In this document: positions 1 through 9,823 of the stretch, piece after piece
Numbering within the stretch: the stretch's first letter is position 1
How the letters are laid out: each line of letters begins with the position of its first letter
Origin: an uncultured Acidobacteriota bacterium
Lineage (GTDB): Bacteria; Acidobacteriota; Vicinamibacteria; Vicinamibacterales; CAVVIG01
Assembly (NCBI GenBank): GCA_963729215.1
Contig: CAVSND010000019.1
Span: forward strand, 199,801-263,800
Direction of reading: 5' to 3'
Length of the DNA stretch: 64,000 bases
The notes under the pieces: model-generated
Told to the model about the DNA's origin: nothing
Seen by the model: the letters and a program-made list of their open reading frames with translations, nothing else
The model's database searches: none
Translations under genes and position numbers: made by a program

Positions 1-1
1 C

Positions 2-1594
2 AAGATGGGTGCCAATGACGGGTGGGGATACTCGGATGCGACCACGTACTCGCGCATCCCCCAGCAGTACACGTTCCTCACGCCGGTTGGCGGTGCGCCC
101 ACGCCCAACCAGATCACGGAGTACGTGACACCGTACACGGTCAGCACCGATGTGGCCCACGACTTCGGTCTCTTCGCGCAGGATAAATGGACGAAGGGCC
201 GCTCGACGATCATGCTTGGCATCCGGTACGACCACGCGAGCAGTTTCTATCCCGCGAGCACCCTGGGGCCCACGCAGTACGCGCCCAATAGAAACGTGTC
301 GTTTCCGGAGACGCCGCAGGTGAGCTGGTCGGACGTCACGCCCAAGATGGGTTTGGCCTACGACCTCCGGGGCGACGGCCGGACGGCGCTCAAGATCAGC
401 CTCAATAAGTATCTGCAGGGATTCGGCACCTCGTTCGCTATCGTGCCAGACCCGAATCCGGTGTCCGCGGCGGTCGGTTTCGGCAATACGACCCGGACGT
501 GGAATGACGCCAACCACAACTACATCCCGGATTGCGATCTCTCGACGCGTACGCCCGGCGCAAACGGTGAGTGCGGCCCGCTCGCCAATCCGAATTTCGG
601 TTCGAACGATGTTGCGGCGCTGCTGAACCAGCTCAAGTTCGACCCGAACTTCCAGACCGGCTGGAACAAGCGGGGCTACAACTGGGAGTTCTCCGCCGGC
701 GTGCAGCAGCAGCTGGGCCCACGCATGTCGGTGGACGTAGGTTTCTTCCGGCGCTGGTACGGCAACTTCCAGGTCGTTGACAATACGGCGCTCAACACGG
801 CGACCGATTTCAACTACATCAACCTCCAGGCGCCTGCCGACTCGCGGCTGCCAAACGGCGGCAACTACACGGTGACCGGTTTCCCCGTCGTCAAGCCGGA
901 GGCCGCGTTCGGCAGCTTCGTCCCGGCGAACGTCGTCAAGCTGTCTGACGACGTTGGCCTGCAGACTTCACACTGGAACGGCGTGGATGTGAACCTCAAC
1001 TCGCGGCTGCAGAATGGCTTCTTCGCGCAAGGCGGGTTCAGCACCGGCCGCACGAGCACCGACAACTGCGCGGTGATCACGAAGCTGCCCGAGGTGGCGT
1101 ATGAGAGAAACAACTTCTTCAGCCCGAACTTCTTCACGACGATGCCGACGCAGTACTGCAAACAGGACGGCGTGTTCCTCACACAGGTGAAGGCCAGCGC
1201 CGGCTACACGTTCCCGAAGATCGACGTGGCTGTCGGCGGCACATATCAGGATCTTCCTGGAGTGAACGTCGAAGCTCGCTTGAACGCTCCGTTTCTTCCG
1301 AACGTCGGGGGGCTTCAATCGATTCCCGGCCTGAACGGTTACCACATCATCGAACCAGGAACGGAAAACGGCGGGCGGCTGCATCAGCTCGACATCAAGT
1401 TCTCGAAGATTTTCAAGTCCGGACGCACGCGGACGATGGTCGGCCTCGACATCTACAACACGTTCAACGTGGACACGATTACGGGACAGGACAACGGGTA
1501 CACACCGGTGCCCGGCGGCCAGGCCGTGTGGCAGGTGCCGAATCTGATTCTCCAGGCGAGGTTCATCAAGTTCAGCGCGCAGTTCGACTTCTAG
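2..1594 (+). CDS. TonB-dependent outer-membrane receptor, C-terminal part (5' end lies outside the window)
   Basis: ORF 5..1594 stays open to the window edge. It has a Gly/Asn/Thr/Tyr-rich alternating beta-strand pattern and ends ...FIKFSAQFDF (C-terminal Phe), typical of OM beta-barrels. Same style as the complete receptor at 30511..33408. Confidence 0.75.
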   Translation, partial: KMGANDGWGYSDATTYSRIPQQYTFLTPVGGAPTPNQITEYVTPYTVSTDVAHDFGLFAQDKWTKGRSTIMLGIRYDHASSFYPASTLGPTQYAPNRNVSFPETPQVSWSDVTPKMGLAYDLRGDGRTALKISLNKYLQGFGTSFAIVPDPNPVSAAVGFGNTTRTWNDANHNYIPDCDLSTRTPGANGECGPLANPNFGSNDVAALLNQLKFDPNFQTGWNKRGYNWEFSAGVQQQLGPRMSVDVGFFRRWYGNFQVVDNTALNTATDFNYINLQAPADSRLPNGGNYTVTGFPVVKPEAAFGSFVPANVVKLSDDVGLQTSHWNGVDVNLNSRLQNGFFAQGGFSTGRTSTDNCAVITKLPEVAYERNNFFSPNFFTTMPTQYCKQDGVFLTQVKASAGYTFPKIDVAVGGTYQDLPGVNVEARLNAPFLPNVGGLQSIPGLNGYHIIEPGTENGGRLHQLDIKFSKIFKSGRTRTMVGLDIYNTFNVDTITGQDNGYTPVPGGQAVWQVPNLILQARFIKFSAQFDF

Positions 1595-1601
1595 AGCGTT
1601 T

Positions 1602-1672
1602 GCAAAATGCCGTAGCGGCCGGCTTCAGCCGGCCGGCGAACGTCCGCCTGAAGGCGGACGCTACGGCTGACA
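1602..1672 (+). repeat. REP-like double-hairpin element, copy A
   Basis: Starts 8 nt after the stop codon. Closing stem GCCGTAGC (1609-1616) / GCTACGGC (1660-1667) encloses hairpins GGCCGGC-TTCA-GCCGGCC (1617-1634) and CGTCCGCC-TGAA-GGCGGACG (1641-1660). A near-identical copy lies at 13070..13140. Confidence 0.85.
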
Positions 1673-1716
1673 GACACGTCACACAGACGGGCGGGATGGC
1701 CGATCCTGCCCGTTTC

Positions 1717-3366
1717 CTATTTATTCGGCCGCGGATGGAACACCGCATCATCCTCGCGCCACGGCGTGCGGCATGGCTGACGGCTTTCGTAGAGCGTGAG
1801 ATTTTCCTGCAGGCGCGGGCTCAGGTCGCGCCTGCCAGCCTGACTCGCGGCAGCGATGGCCTCGCGCTGCCAGTTCGCGGCCTCGTCGTACTGTCCCAAC
1901 TCCGCCAGCGTCATCGCCATCGTCTGCATCAGCTCGAGGGTGCGCTGCGTCTTCAGCAGTTCCTGCATCAGCGTCATCGCCCGGCGGCCGTCGCGGACGC
2001 GCGCGTCCGGCGCGGCGGCCAGCAGGCGGGCCAGCGCATGCGCGAATCCTGGCTGGTCGGGAAACGTCTTCACGGCGTCCGCGAGGCGATCGCGTGCCTC
2101 CTGAAACCGCCTCAGGCGCACGAGGGCCATCGCGTATCCGAAGCGTGCCTGTGAAACGGCCGGACTGGCCTTGATGACTTCCGCGTACTGGGGCAGCGAT
2201 TCTTCCATCCGTCCGCTTCGGCGCAGCGCATCGGCGAGGCTGAGCCGTGCCTCGACGGACGCCGGGTCGGCCGCGACCGCCGCCGAGAACGCCTCGATCG
2301 CCTCCCGATCGCGCCCTGCGGCTTCCTTGACGATGCCGATGCCGTAGTGCGCTTTGGCGAGGCCCGGTGACAGCTTGACAGCGGTCTGAAACTGCTCGAG
2401 CGCGCCGGCGGCATCACCGGTCTCGAACAGCGCGGTACCCAGGTTGAGGCGCGTGAACGCGTTGTCCGGGGCGGCCTCGATGGCCTGGCGGAGATACGTC
2501 ACGGCTTCCGGCCACTGACGTTTCCCCAGGGCTTCGGCGCCGTGCACCTCGGCCGCCGCGGCGTTTTGCAGGAGGCCGGAGATCTGCTGCATGAGCGGAT
2601 CGACGGGCGGAACGTCGACGTTTCCACGCAGCTGCATCTGCGCCTCGGCGCGGCGCGTGTCGCCGAGACCACGATAGGCGAGCGCCAGCGGGTAGTGGAT
2701 GCTCGAGGACTGCGGCCGCAGTGCGAGCGCGGCTTCGAGATGGCTCGCGGCCCTGGCGTAGTCGCGTGTCTCGAGATCCACGCGCCCGAGGCGATAGAGG
2801 GCGGCCGCCTCGCGCGGCTGTAGCGCCAGCGCCTTGTCGAGCGGTGCCCGCGCCGCTTCGGGCTGGCCCTGAACGAGGTGCATCTCGCCGAGCCACACGA
2901 GGCTGGGAACATGATCGGGCTGAAGGGTCAACGCACGCTCGAACAGCGCCGCGGCTTTGGCCGGATCGTTCCTCAGCCGATCGATGTGCGCGAGATAGTA
3001 GGGCCACCGCATCTCGTTCGGCTCGAGCAAGGCGGCGTTACCGAAACAGCGGCCGGCGGCATCGAGGAACTCCGTGGCCATGAAGAGCCGGCCCATGTCT
3101 CCGTACGCGGCGGCGCGCGCCGCCGGCGTCGCGTCCGGCCTCCCGATCTGCTGCTGGAGCGCCGCGAATTGTTCACGCAGTTGCTTCTGCACGGGCCCGG
3201 CCGCGCCCGATATATCCGGTAGCTCGATCGTGCGGAGGTTCGGTCCCTGTCCCGGCGTTGGGCGTGGCTTCGGGGAGCGAGCGGCTGGCTTCGGCATCCC
3301 ATGACAAGCGCAAGCAGACACAACGGAAGGATTTGCCTCACGGCTGTATCCCCTTGCCTTCGACAA
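1717..3366 (-). CDS. TPR-repeat protein
   Basis: 549-aa ORF made of successive TPR-like helix pairs (e.g. LNLGTALFETGDAAGALEQFQTAVKLSPGLAKAHYGIGIV). The start is uncertain: ATG 3366 overlaps the upstream gene, and ATG 3297 is an alternative. GTG 3341 in another frame encodes a lipoprotein-like signal RQILPLCLLALVMGC, so an indel near 3295-3335 is possible. Confidence 0.75.
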   Translation of the reverse strand: MSKARGYSREANPSVVSACACHGMPKPAARSPKPRPTPGQGPNLRTIELPDISGAAGPVQKQLREQFAALQQQIGRPDATPAARAAAYGDMGRLFMATEFLDAAGRCFGNAALLEPNEMRWPYYLAHIDRLRNDPAKAAALFERALTLQPDHVPSLVWLGEMHLVQGQPEAARAPLDKALALQPREAAALYRLGRVDLETRDYARAASHLEAALALRPQSSSIHYPLALAYRGLGDTRRAEAQMQLRGNVDVPPVDPLMQQISGLLQNAAAAEVHGAEALGKRQWPEAVTYLRQAIEAAPDNAFTRLNLGTALFETGDAAGALEQFQTAVKLSPGLAKAHYGIGIVKEAAGRDREAIEAFSAAVAADPASVEARLSLADALRRSGRMEESLPQYAEVIKASPAVSQARFGYAMALVRLRRFQEARDRLADAVKTFPDQPGFAHALARLLAAAPDARVRDGRRAMTLMQELLKTQRTLELMQTMAMTLAELGQYDEAANWQREAIAAASQAGRRDLSPRLQENLTLYESRQPCRTPWREDDAVFHPRPNK

Positions 3367-5078
3367 TCGTCACGTACCGATCGACGGGAACGTTCGTGAA
3401 TCGCTCCGTCTTCGACGAAGGCGCGGGCCACGACACGTCCAGCCAGTCGAGTGCGGTCGCGCGTCCGAGACCGAGCACCTCGCGCGGATCGTGCGAGGAG
3501 AGATAGCTGCCGCCGCCGTTCTTCTGCCGGGAATGGCGCGCGCCGCCGGCGGACCACGTCAGCCGCGCGCCGATCGCATCGCGGTTACAGCGCACACCCT
3601 GAAGCTTCACGCCCACCCAATGGTTGGCGGCCGAGGAGGTGTTGCGCAGCAGGACGGGCGCATCGCCGTTGCACCCGATCAGCACGTCCACGCGGCCGTC
3701 GTTGTCGTAGTCGCCAGCCGCCAGGCCGCGCGCCGAAAACGATTTGGCGAAGACGGGGCCGGCCTGCTGGCTGACGTTGCGCAGGCGGCGGCCGTCGTGA
3801 CGGAACAGCAGCAGCGGTTCCTTGTAACGGACGTCGGGCGCCCGGATGGCGATCGTGTCGTCCGGGTGGCCGTTGGCGATGAGAAGGTCGATCAGCCCGT
3901 CGTTGTCGAAGTCGCAGAGCTTCACGCCCCAGCCGCTCAGCAGACGCGTCGCCTGCGACACGCCGTGATCCGGCGCGGCGTCGGTGAAGAACGCGCCGTT
4001 GTGGTTTTCGTAGAGCGAGAACATCTCGTGATCGATGTTCGCCACGAACACGTCCTGCCAGCCGTCGCCGTTGAAGTCTCCGGCATCCACGCCCATGCCG
4101 GAGCGCAGGTTTCCGGAACCGCTGTACGCAATGCCGGCGGCGACGCCGTTTTCCTGCCACCTGTTCTTGCCGCGGTTCAGGAATAGGAAGTTCGGCGCCG
4201 TGTCATTCGCCACAACCAGGTCGAGCAGGCCGTCGTTGTTGATGTCGGTCGCCACGCTGCCGAGCGCCTTACCGGGCGTGCGCCCAATGATGGTCGTGCC
4301 ACTGACCTGGAGAAACGTCCCGTCGCCGTTGTTGCGAAACAGCGCGCTGGGTGTGGGCTTGAAGAGATGGGGAATGCAGTAGTGATAGTAGAGGCTCCCG
4401 TCCTTGTTTTTCTCCGCGCACAACAGGCCCTGGCTCAACTGGTACTGGACGTAGCTCCCCACGAAGAGATCGAGCAGCCCGTCGTTGTCGTAGTCGAACC
4501 AGACGGCGCTCGTCGTCCAGGCAGGCATAATGCCCGGCAGCGAGAGACCGGCCTTCTCCGTGACATCCGTGAACGTCCCGTTGCCGTTGTTGCGATAGAG
4601 AATCGATCGGCCGTACCCGGTCACGAACATGTCCGGGAAGCCGTCGTTGTCGAAATCCCCGACGGCGACGCCCATGCCGAAGCTTCCGCCGGCGACGCCG
4701 GCCTTGTCGGTGACGTCGGTGAAGGTGCCGTCTCGATTGTTCTTGTACAGCGCGTTCTTCAGCGGCCGGGTTGGTTTGAAGAAATCGGACGGCCCGCTGT
4801 TGACCAGATAGATGTCCATCCAGCCGTCGCCGTCGTAGTCGAGAAACGCGCAGCCGGGCCCGAGAGACTCGGGCAGGAATCTCGCCGGCGACATCGCGTT
4901 CTCGTGGACCCACGTGATCCCGCTCGCGGACGAGGGAACTTCGACGAACGCCGGCGCCGTGTCCTGACCCGCGGCCGCCAGCGGCGCGCGTCGCGAGCGT
5001 GCGCGGGAGAAGCGGATCGGCCGCGGCGGCCGCGCCCGACGCGAGCGCCCACTGGAGGAATCTGCGGCGCGAGGTCAT
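3338..5078 (-). CDS. CRTAC1-family FG-GAP/VCBS repeat protein with ASPIC/UnbV-type C-terminus (one frame change as assembled)
   Basis: Main ORF 3338..4894 has repeated Ca-binding-type motifs ([57 protein letters not shown]). The Tat-like N-terminus [12 protein letters not shown] begins at ATG 5078 in another frame. The body frame continues upstream as QDTAPAFVEVPSSASGITWVHENA, so the frame change lies at about 4900-4975. Confidence 0.8.
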
Positions 5079-6835
5079 TTGCCGCTTCTCTCCGTGAGCG
5101 TCGTATACCGATCGATGGCCGTATTGGTCCATTCGTCCGTTCGCCCGTCCGGCCAGGTGACTCGAACGGTGGGCGTCTCTGTGGAATCGCCGAGACCCGC
5201 CAGGACACGCGGGTCGTTCGCGGACGCGTAGCTGCCGTCGGCGCGCGCCCTGCGCCAGAGCGTCGGGCCGTTCCTGCGGACAATCGCCACTCGCGCGCCG
5301 AGCACGTCGCGAGGCCGGGACCCCGCCACAAGTCGCAATCCCACCCAGTGCTTCCGGTTGCCCACGTTGTTGATCAGCAGGCGCAGCGGCCCGTTGTTGT
5401 TGGCGATGACGATGTCGGTGTCGCCGTCGTTGTCGATGTCTCCGAAGGCAGCGCCGCGTCCGACCTCGGACAACTGGAACACGCCGCCGGCGGACGCTGT
5501 CACGTCTTCGAAGCGGCCGTTGCCGAGGTTGTGAAACAGCTGTTTCCGCTGGTGGAGCGGAAACGGATCGCGTGCCTGCGCCAGCGCCTGGATGGTCTGG
5601 ACCGCGCCATTGGCCGTCAGCAGATCGAGCCAGCCGTCGTTGTCGTAGTCGAACCACGCCGTCCCGAAGCCCGTGTACGCCGAGGCTCGCGGCCGCAAGA
5701 CCCGATCGCGCGCTCCGGTCATCGAACGATCCCGACCCGTCGTTGACGAACAGGTTGTGGCCCTCCCCGGTCTGTTCGGTCACGAACAGATCGTCGTCGC
5801 CGTCGTTGTCGAAGTCGCCGGCATCCACGCCCATGCTCGCCTCGGCCTTGCCTTCCTGCGTGAGCGCGGCGCCCGCGAGCAGCGCCGTGTTCCTGAACGT
5901 CCCGTCGTGCTGGTTGATCCACAGCTGGTTCGGCTGGCTGTCGTTGGCGACGTAGAGGTCGATCCAGCCGTCGCCGTTGAAGTCCGCCGTGGCGACGCCG
6001 AGTGCCGGCCCGAACTCGCTGGCGATTCGGCTCGCCGCGGTCGTGTCGGAAAACGTGCCGTTGCGGTTGTTGTGGAACAGCCGTCCGGGAAGCGGCTTGT
6101 AGCTGTTCGGCGTGCAGTAGTCGCGCGCGCCAGACGGGCTGAAGCACTTCGTGGCGCCCTCGATGGTGTAGCGCAGGTAGCTGCCCACGTAGAGGTCGAG
6201 CCATCCGTCGCGATCGTAGTCGAAGAAAGCCGCCGACACGCTCCAGCCGCTCGCGGCCGTGCCGCTCTTCGCCGTGACGTCGGTGAAGGTGCCATCGCCG
6301 TTGTTGTGGAAGCAGCTGGTTCGCGCCGAAGTTGGTGAGATAGAGATCGACGAAGCCGTCGTTGTCGAAGTCGCCCGTCGCCACGCCCATGCCGTAGCCG
6401 GTCGCGGTGATGCCGCTCTGCGCCGTCACGTCCGTGAAGTGCAGCGTCCGCGTGCCGTCGGGACGAACGTCGAGGTCGTTTCGAAAGAGCCGGCCCGTCA
6501 AGTGTGCCCCGCGGCGCCTGCGACGGCTGACCCGATCCGTTCCTGCCGAGCGGCTGTCCCTGCAGCACGAACACGTCGAGATCGCCGTCGTTGTCGTAAT
6601 CGAACAGCGCCACGCCCGGTCCCAGGATTTCAGGCATCGTGAGGTCGCCCGACATGCCGTTGACGTGCGTGAAGCGAAGGCCGCTGGCCTCTGCCATGTC
6701 GGAAAACCAGTCGGTGGACGCGGTCGGAAGCCCAGTGGACCCCGTCAACCCCGGAGTTGATGTCCGGGTGCGGCAGCCTGCGGCGACACAGCACGCAATC
6801 ACGAGCAGGGCCGGCGCGCGGCCGCGCATCCTCAT
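5075..6835 (-). CDS. Second CRTAC1-family FG-GAP/ASPIC-UnbV protein (three frame changes as assembled)
   Basis: Fragments 5780..6880, 5719..6501, the N-terminal part of 4269..6239 and 5075..5722 read consecutively as one protein. It has a lipoprotein-like signal [21 protein letters not shown] and FG-GAP motifs ([70 protein letters not shown]). Frame changes lie near 6505-6512 (C4 run), 6310-6316 and 5678-5688. The stop overlaps the ATG of the next gene (ATGA). Confidence 0.75.
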
Positions 6836-6954
6836 CTTGAAGCCGGGGATATCATAGTGGCGATGCCGCGCCGGTGGCATCCGGTTCGGGTAACATAACT
6901 GCCTGTGTAATAGGGAGATCTTCTTTATGAAGCTGCATCTTTCCGCTCGCTGGG

Positions 6955-7947
6955 TTGGCGCTGGCCGCGTCGATGCTCCTGACCGCCGTCCCGGCTGCCG
7001 CGCAGGCGCCGGCGCCCGCCGCCAAGCCCTCCGCCAGGACGCCGGCCAAAGCCTTTGTGCCCGGCAAAACTCCGTGGGGCGATCCGGATTTGCAGGGCAT
7101 CTACACGAACAAGGACGAAAGCGGCATTCCCTTCGAGCGTCCGGGCCAGTTCGCCGGCAAGACGGTCGCCGACGTGGATGACGAGGAGTTGCGGGAACTC
7201 ATTGAGGCGCGGGCAAAGGCGGCTGTCGAGCGCGCGCCCGGCATCGGCGGCGCCGAAACCGGCGCCGGCCCGACGCACTGGTACGAAAACTACGGCGCGA
7301 AAAACAGCCGGGCGTGGCTCGTGAGCGATCCGCCCGACGGCGTGATTCCGGCGGCGATCGCGGAAGCCAACGCGCGCAACGCCGAGCGGGCGCGCCTCCG
7401 CAGCGGCCGCGGCCCCGCCGACAGCCCCGAGGATCGCAGCCTGTACGACCGCTGCATCACACGCGGCATTCCCGGTTCGATGATGCCCGCCATCTACGGC
7501 AACTCGTACGAAATCATCCAGTCGCCGGGCTGGGTGGCGATTCGCTACGAGATGATCCACGAGACCCGCCTGATTCCACTCGACGGACGGCCCCACCTGA
7601 AATCGGACGTGCGCACCTACATGGGCGATGCGCGCGGCCACTTCGAGGGCAGCACGCTGGTGGTCGAGACGACGAACTTCAAGGAGAACTCAACGTATCG
7701 AGGCGCGTCGGAACAGCTGAAGCTGATCGAGCGCTTCACGCCGAAGGAACAAAAGATCGTCCAGTGGTCGGTGACCCTGGACGACTCGCGCACGTGGCCG
7801 CGGCCGTGGACGTTCGCGATGAACCTCACGAAGGACAGCTCGCAGCCGATTTTCGAGTACGGATGCCACGAGGGGAATTACGGCCTGCGCGACATCCTGA
7901 GCGCCGAGCGTGCGGCCGACGCCGCGGCGGCCAAAACGCGCAACTGA
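6955..7947 (+). CDS. Secreted uncharacterised protein, DRC...CHEGNY family, paralogue 1
   Basis: 330-aa ORF (TTG start) with signal peptide ...LLTAVPAAAQA and motifs TPWGDPDLQGIYTN, DPPDGVIP, SLYDRCITRGIPGSM, YEMIHETRLIPLDGRPH, GDARGHFEGSTLVVETTNF, ERFT, FEYGCHEGNY. ATG 6927 with GGGAGA upstream is in another frame, so an indel near 6930-6940 could give MKLH-FPLAGLALAAS.... Confidence 0.8.
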   Translation: MALAASMLLTAVPAAAQAPAPAAKPSARTPAKAFVPGKTPWGDPDLQGIYTNKDESGIPFERPGQFAGKTVADVDDEELRELIEARAKAAVERAPGIGGAETGAGPTHWYENYGAKNSRAWLVSDPPDGVIPAAIAEANARNAERARLRSGRGPADSPEDRSLYDRCITRGIPGSMMPAIYGNSYEIIQSPGWVAIRYEMIHETRLIPLDGRPHLKSDVRTYMGDARGHFEGSTLVVETTNFKENSTYRGASEQLKLIERFTPKEQKIVQWSVTLDDSRTWPRPWTFAMNLTKDSSQPIFEYGCHEGNYGLRDILSAERAADAAAAKTRN

Positions 7948-7965
7948 GAAGACGAGGAGAAACCG

Positions 7966-8968
7966 TTGATGAGAGTTGTGACGAGTACGGCCGCCATCCT
8001 GATGATGGCGGCCGTGCCCGCGATCGCCCAGACGCCGAAATCCGACACGAAACCCGCGGCCCCGAAAGCGACCGCCGCGAAGGCCTACAAGACGCCGAAG
8101 ACCCCATGGGGCGATCCCGACCTGTCCGGCATTTTCACGAACAACGACGAGAGCGGTATTCCGCTGGAGCGCCCGAATCAGTTCGACGGGAAGAAGCTCG
8201 AAGACATTTCCGATTCCGAACTGACGGAGCTTCGCAACGAACGCAATCGCCAGGCGGAGGAACGCGCCCCCAATCTGGGCGTGTTGCCGGGCAGCAACCC
8301 GGTGCACTGGTTCGAGAATTTCGGCGCGAAAAACAGCCGCGCCTGGCTGATCGTCGATCCGCCGGACGGCCGGGTGCCGCCGCTTCGTGGCCGACGCGCA
8401 GGGACGCCGCGCACCGGCCGGGGGCAGCAGCTTCGGCAACGGCCCGTTCAACAGCACCCTCGATTTCAGCCTCTACGATCGCTGCATCAGCCGGGGCGTG
8501 CCGGGTTCGATGACGCCGGCGATTTACGGCAACGCCTATCAGATCGTGCAGGGGCAGGGGTACGTCGGTATCCGCTACGAGATGATTCACGAAGCGCGTC
8601 TCATCCCGCTCGACGGCCGCCCTCACGCGAGCGGAAAGATCCGCACGTTCATGGGCGACGCGAAGGGGCGCTGGGAAGGCGATACGCTGGTCGTCGAAAC
8701 GACGAATTTCGACCGCCGGATCCTCTATCGCAACGCGAGCGAGAATCTGAAAATCGTCGAGCGCTTCAGGCGCGTCGGACCGGACACGATCGAGTGGTCG
8801 GTGACGCTCGACGATCCGCAGACGTGGACGCGCCCGTGGACCTGGGCGATGGATCTGTCCAGGCGCGACGAAAGCCAGCAGCCGTTCGAGTACGCGTGCC
8901 ACGAAGGCAACTACGGCATGCGCAACATGCTCAATGCCGCACGCGAAGCGGAGAAGGCGGCGAAGTAA
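7966..8968 (+). CDS. DRC...CHEGNY family, paralogue 2 (one frame change as assembled)
   Basis: The N-terminal part is in the frame of ORF 7966..8976 (signal peptide, TPWGDPDLSGIFTN, DPPDGRVPP). The rest is in ORF 8387..8968 (SLYDRCISRGVPGSM, IPLDGRPH, GDAKGRWEGDTLVVETTNF, FEYACHEGNY). The frame change is at about 8378-8386. Confidence 0.8.
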
Positions 8969-8986
8969 GAGGGTAGAGGTTAGGGA
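8969..8986 (+). repeat. GAGGTTA/GGTTAGA-type heptamer tract
   Basis: gagggta gaggtta ggg sits between the stop of 7966..8968 and the TTG start at 8989. The same unit occurs at 11201..11227 and 16571..16597. Confidence 0.7.
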
Positions 8987-8988
8987 AT

Positions 8989-9762
8989 TTGAAAGCTGGT
9001 AAAGCCCGGATCGTTCTGTCGAGCGCGGCGCTCTGGGCGGCACTCTGCGTGTCGGTCGCGGCCCAGTGGATCGGCTATCCCACGCCAGGCATTCCCCGGA
9101 CGCGCGACGGCAAGCCCGATCTCGCCGCGCCGGCGCCGAGAACATCCGACGGCAGGCCGGATCTCTCCGGAATCTGGCTCACCCCGAGCGGCCGCTGGCT
9201 GCAGAATCTCGCCGCGGACGGCGTCGAGGTTCCGTTTACGCCCGCCTCGAAAGCCATCTGGGACGAGCGCCGGGCGAACAACGGGAAGGGACGGCCGTCG
9301 GAGCGCTGCATTTCCCACGGCGTGACCGACTTCGACGCGCTGGGCACGCCAACCAAGATCATCCAGACGCCCGCTGTCACGGTCATCCTGTTCGAGGCGT
9401 ACAACCACTACCGTCAGATCATGACGGACGGCCGCCCCCTGCCCAAAGACCCGCAGCCGGCCTGGCTCGGGTACTCCGTGGGCAAGTGGGACGGCGACAC
9501 CTTCGTCGTGGACACGATCGGCCTGAACGATCAGACGTGGCTGGACGATGGCGGGTACCCGCATAGCGATGCGCTGCACGTGATCGAGCGCTTCACGCGC
9601 CGCGATTTCGGCCACATGGAGATTCGCATCACCATCGACGACCCGGTGGCCTACACGAAGCCGTGGACGGTCACGATTCCCAAGAACCTCGTGGCCGACG
9701 ATGAGCTGATCGAGTTCATGTGCGAGAACGAGAAGGACTTCGTACACATGGTCGGAAAGTAG
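8989..9762 (+). CDS. Secreted uncharacterised protein, short divergent relative of the DRC...CHEGNY family (paralogue 3)
   Basis: 257-aa ORF with a TTG start and signal peptide ALWAALCVSVAAQ. Collinear but divergent motifs: SERCISHG, DGRPLP, GKWDGDTFVVDTIGLN, ERFTRRD, DDPVAYTKPWT, EFMCENEKD. Confidence 0.75.
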   Translation: MKAGKARIVLSSAALWAALCVSVAAQWIGYPTPGIPRTRDGKPDLAAPAPRTSDGRPDLSGIWLTPSGRWLQNLAADGVEVPFTPASKAIWDERRANNGKGRPSERCISHGVTDFDALGTPTKIIQTPAVTVILFEAYNHYRQIMTDGRPLPKDPQPAWLGYSVGKWDGDTFVVDTIGLNDQTWLDDGGYPHSDALHVIERFTRRDFGHMEIRITIDDPVAYTKPWTVTIPKNLVADDELIEFMCENEKDFVHMVGK

Positions 9763-9789
9763 GGCCGGCCCAACACCCGATCGCCCGGT

Positions 9790-9810
9790 CACCCAATCAC
9801 CAAATCCCAA
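9790..9810 (+). repeat. Heptamer tract CACCCAA TCACCAA ATCCCAA
   Basis: Three in-register heptamers in the spacer between 8989..9762 and 9824..10702. Confidence 0.6.
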
Positions 9811-9823
9811 TGCCGCTCGGTGT

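Noticed and set aside
1528-2154. ORFs 1528..2154 and 13068..13574 sharing the peptide AVAAGFSRPA.VRLKADATAD (a possible conserved small-protein domain)
   Set aside because: The shared peptide is just the translation of the REP-like hairpin element. Similarity stops at the element borders, and the rest of each ORF overlaps a real gene on the other strand or an intergenic leader.
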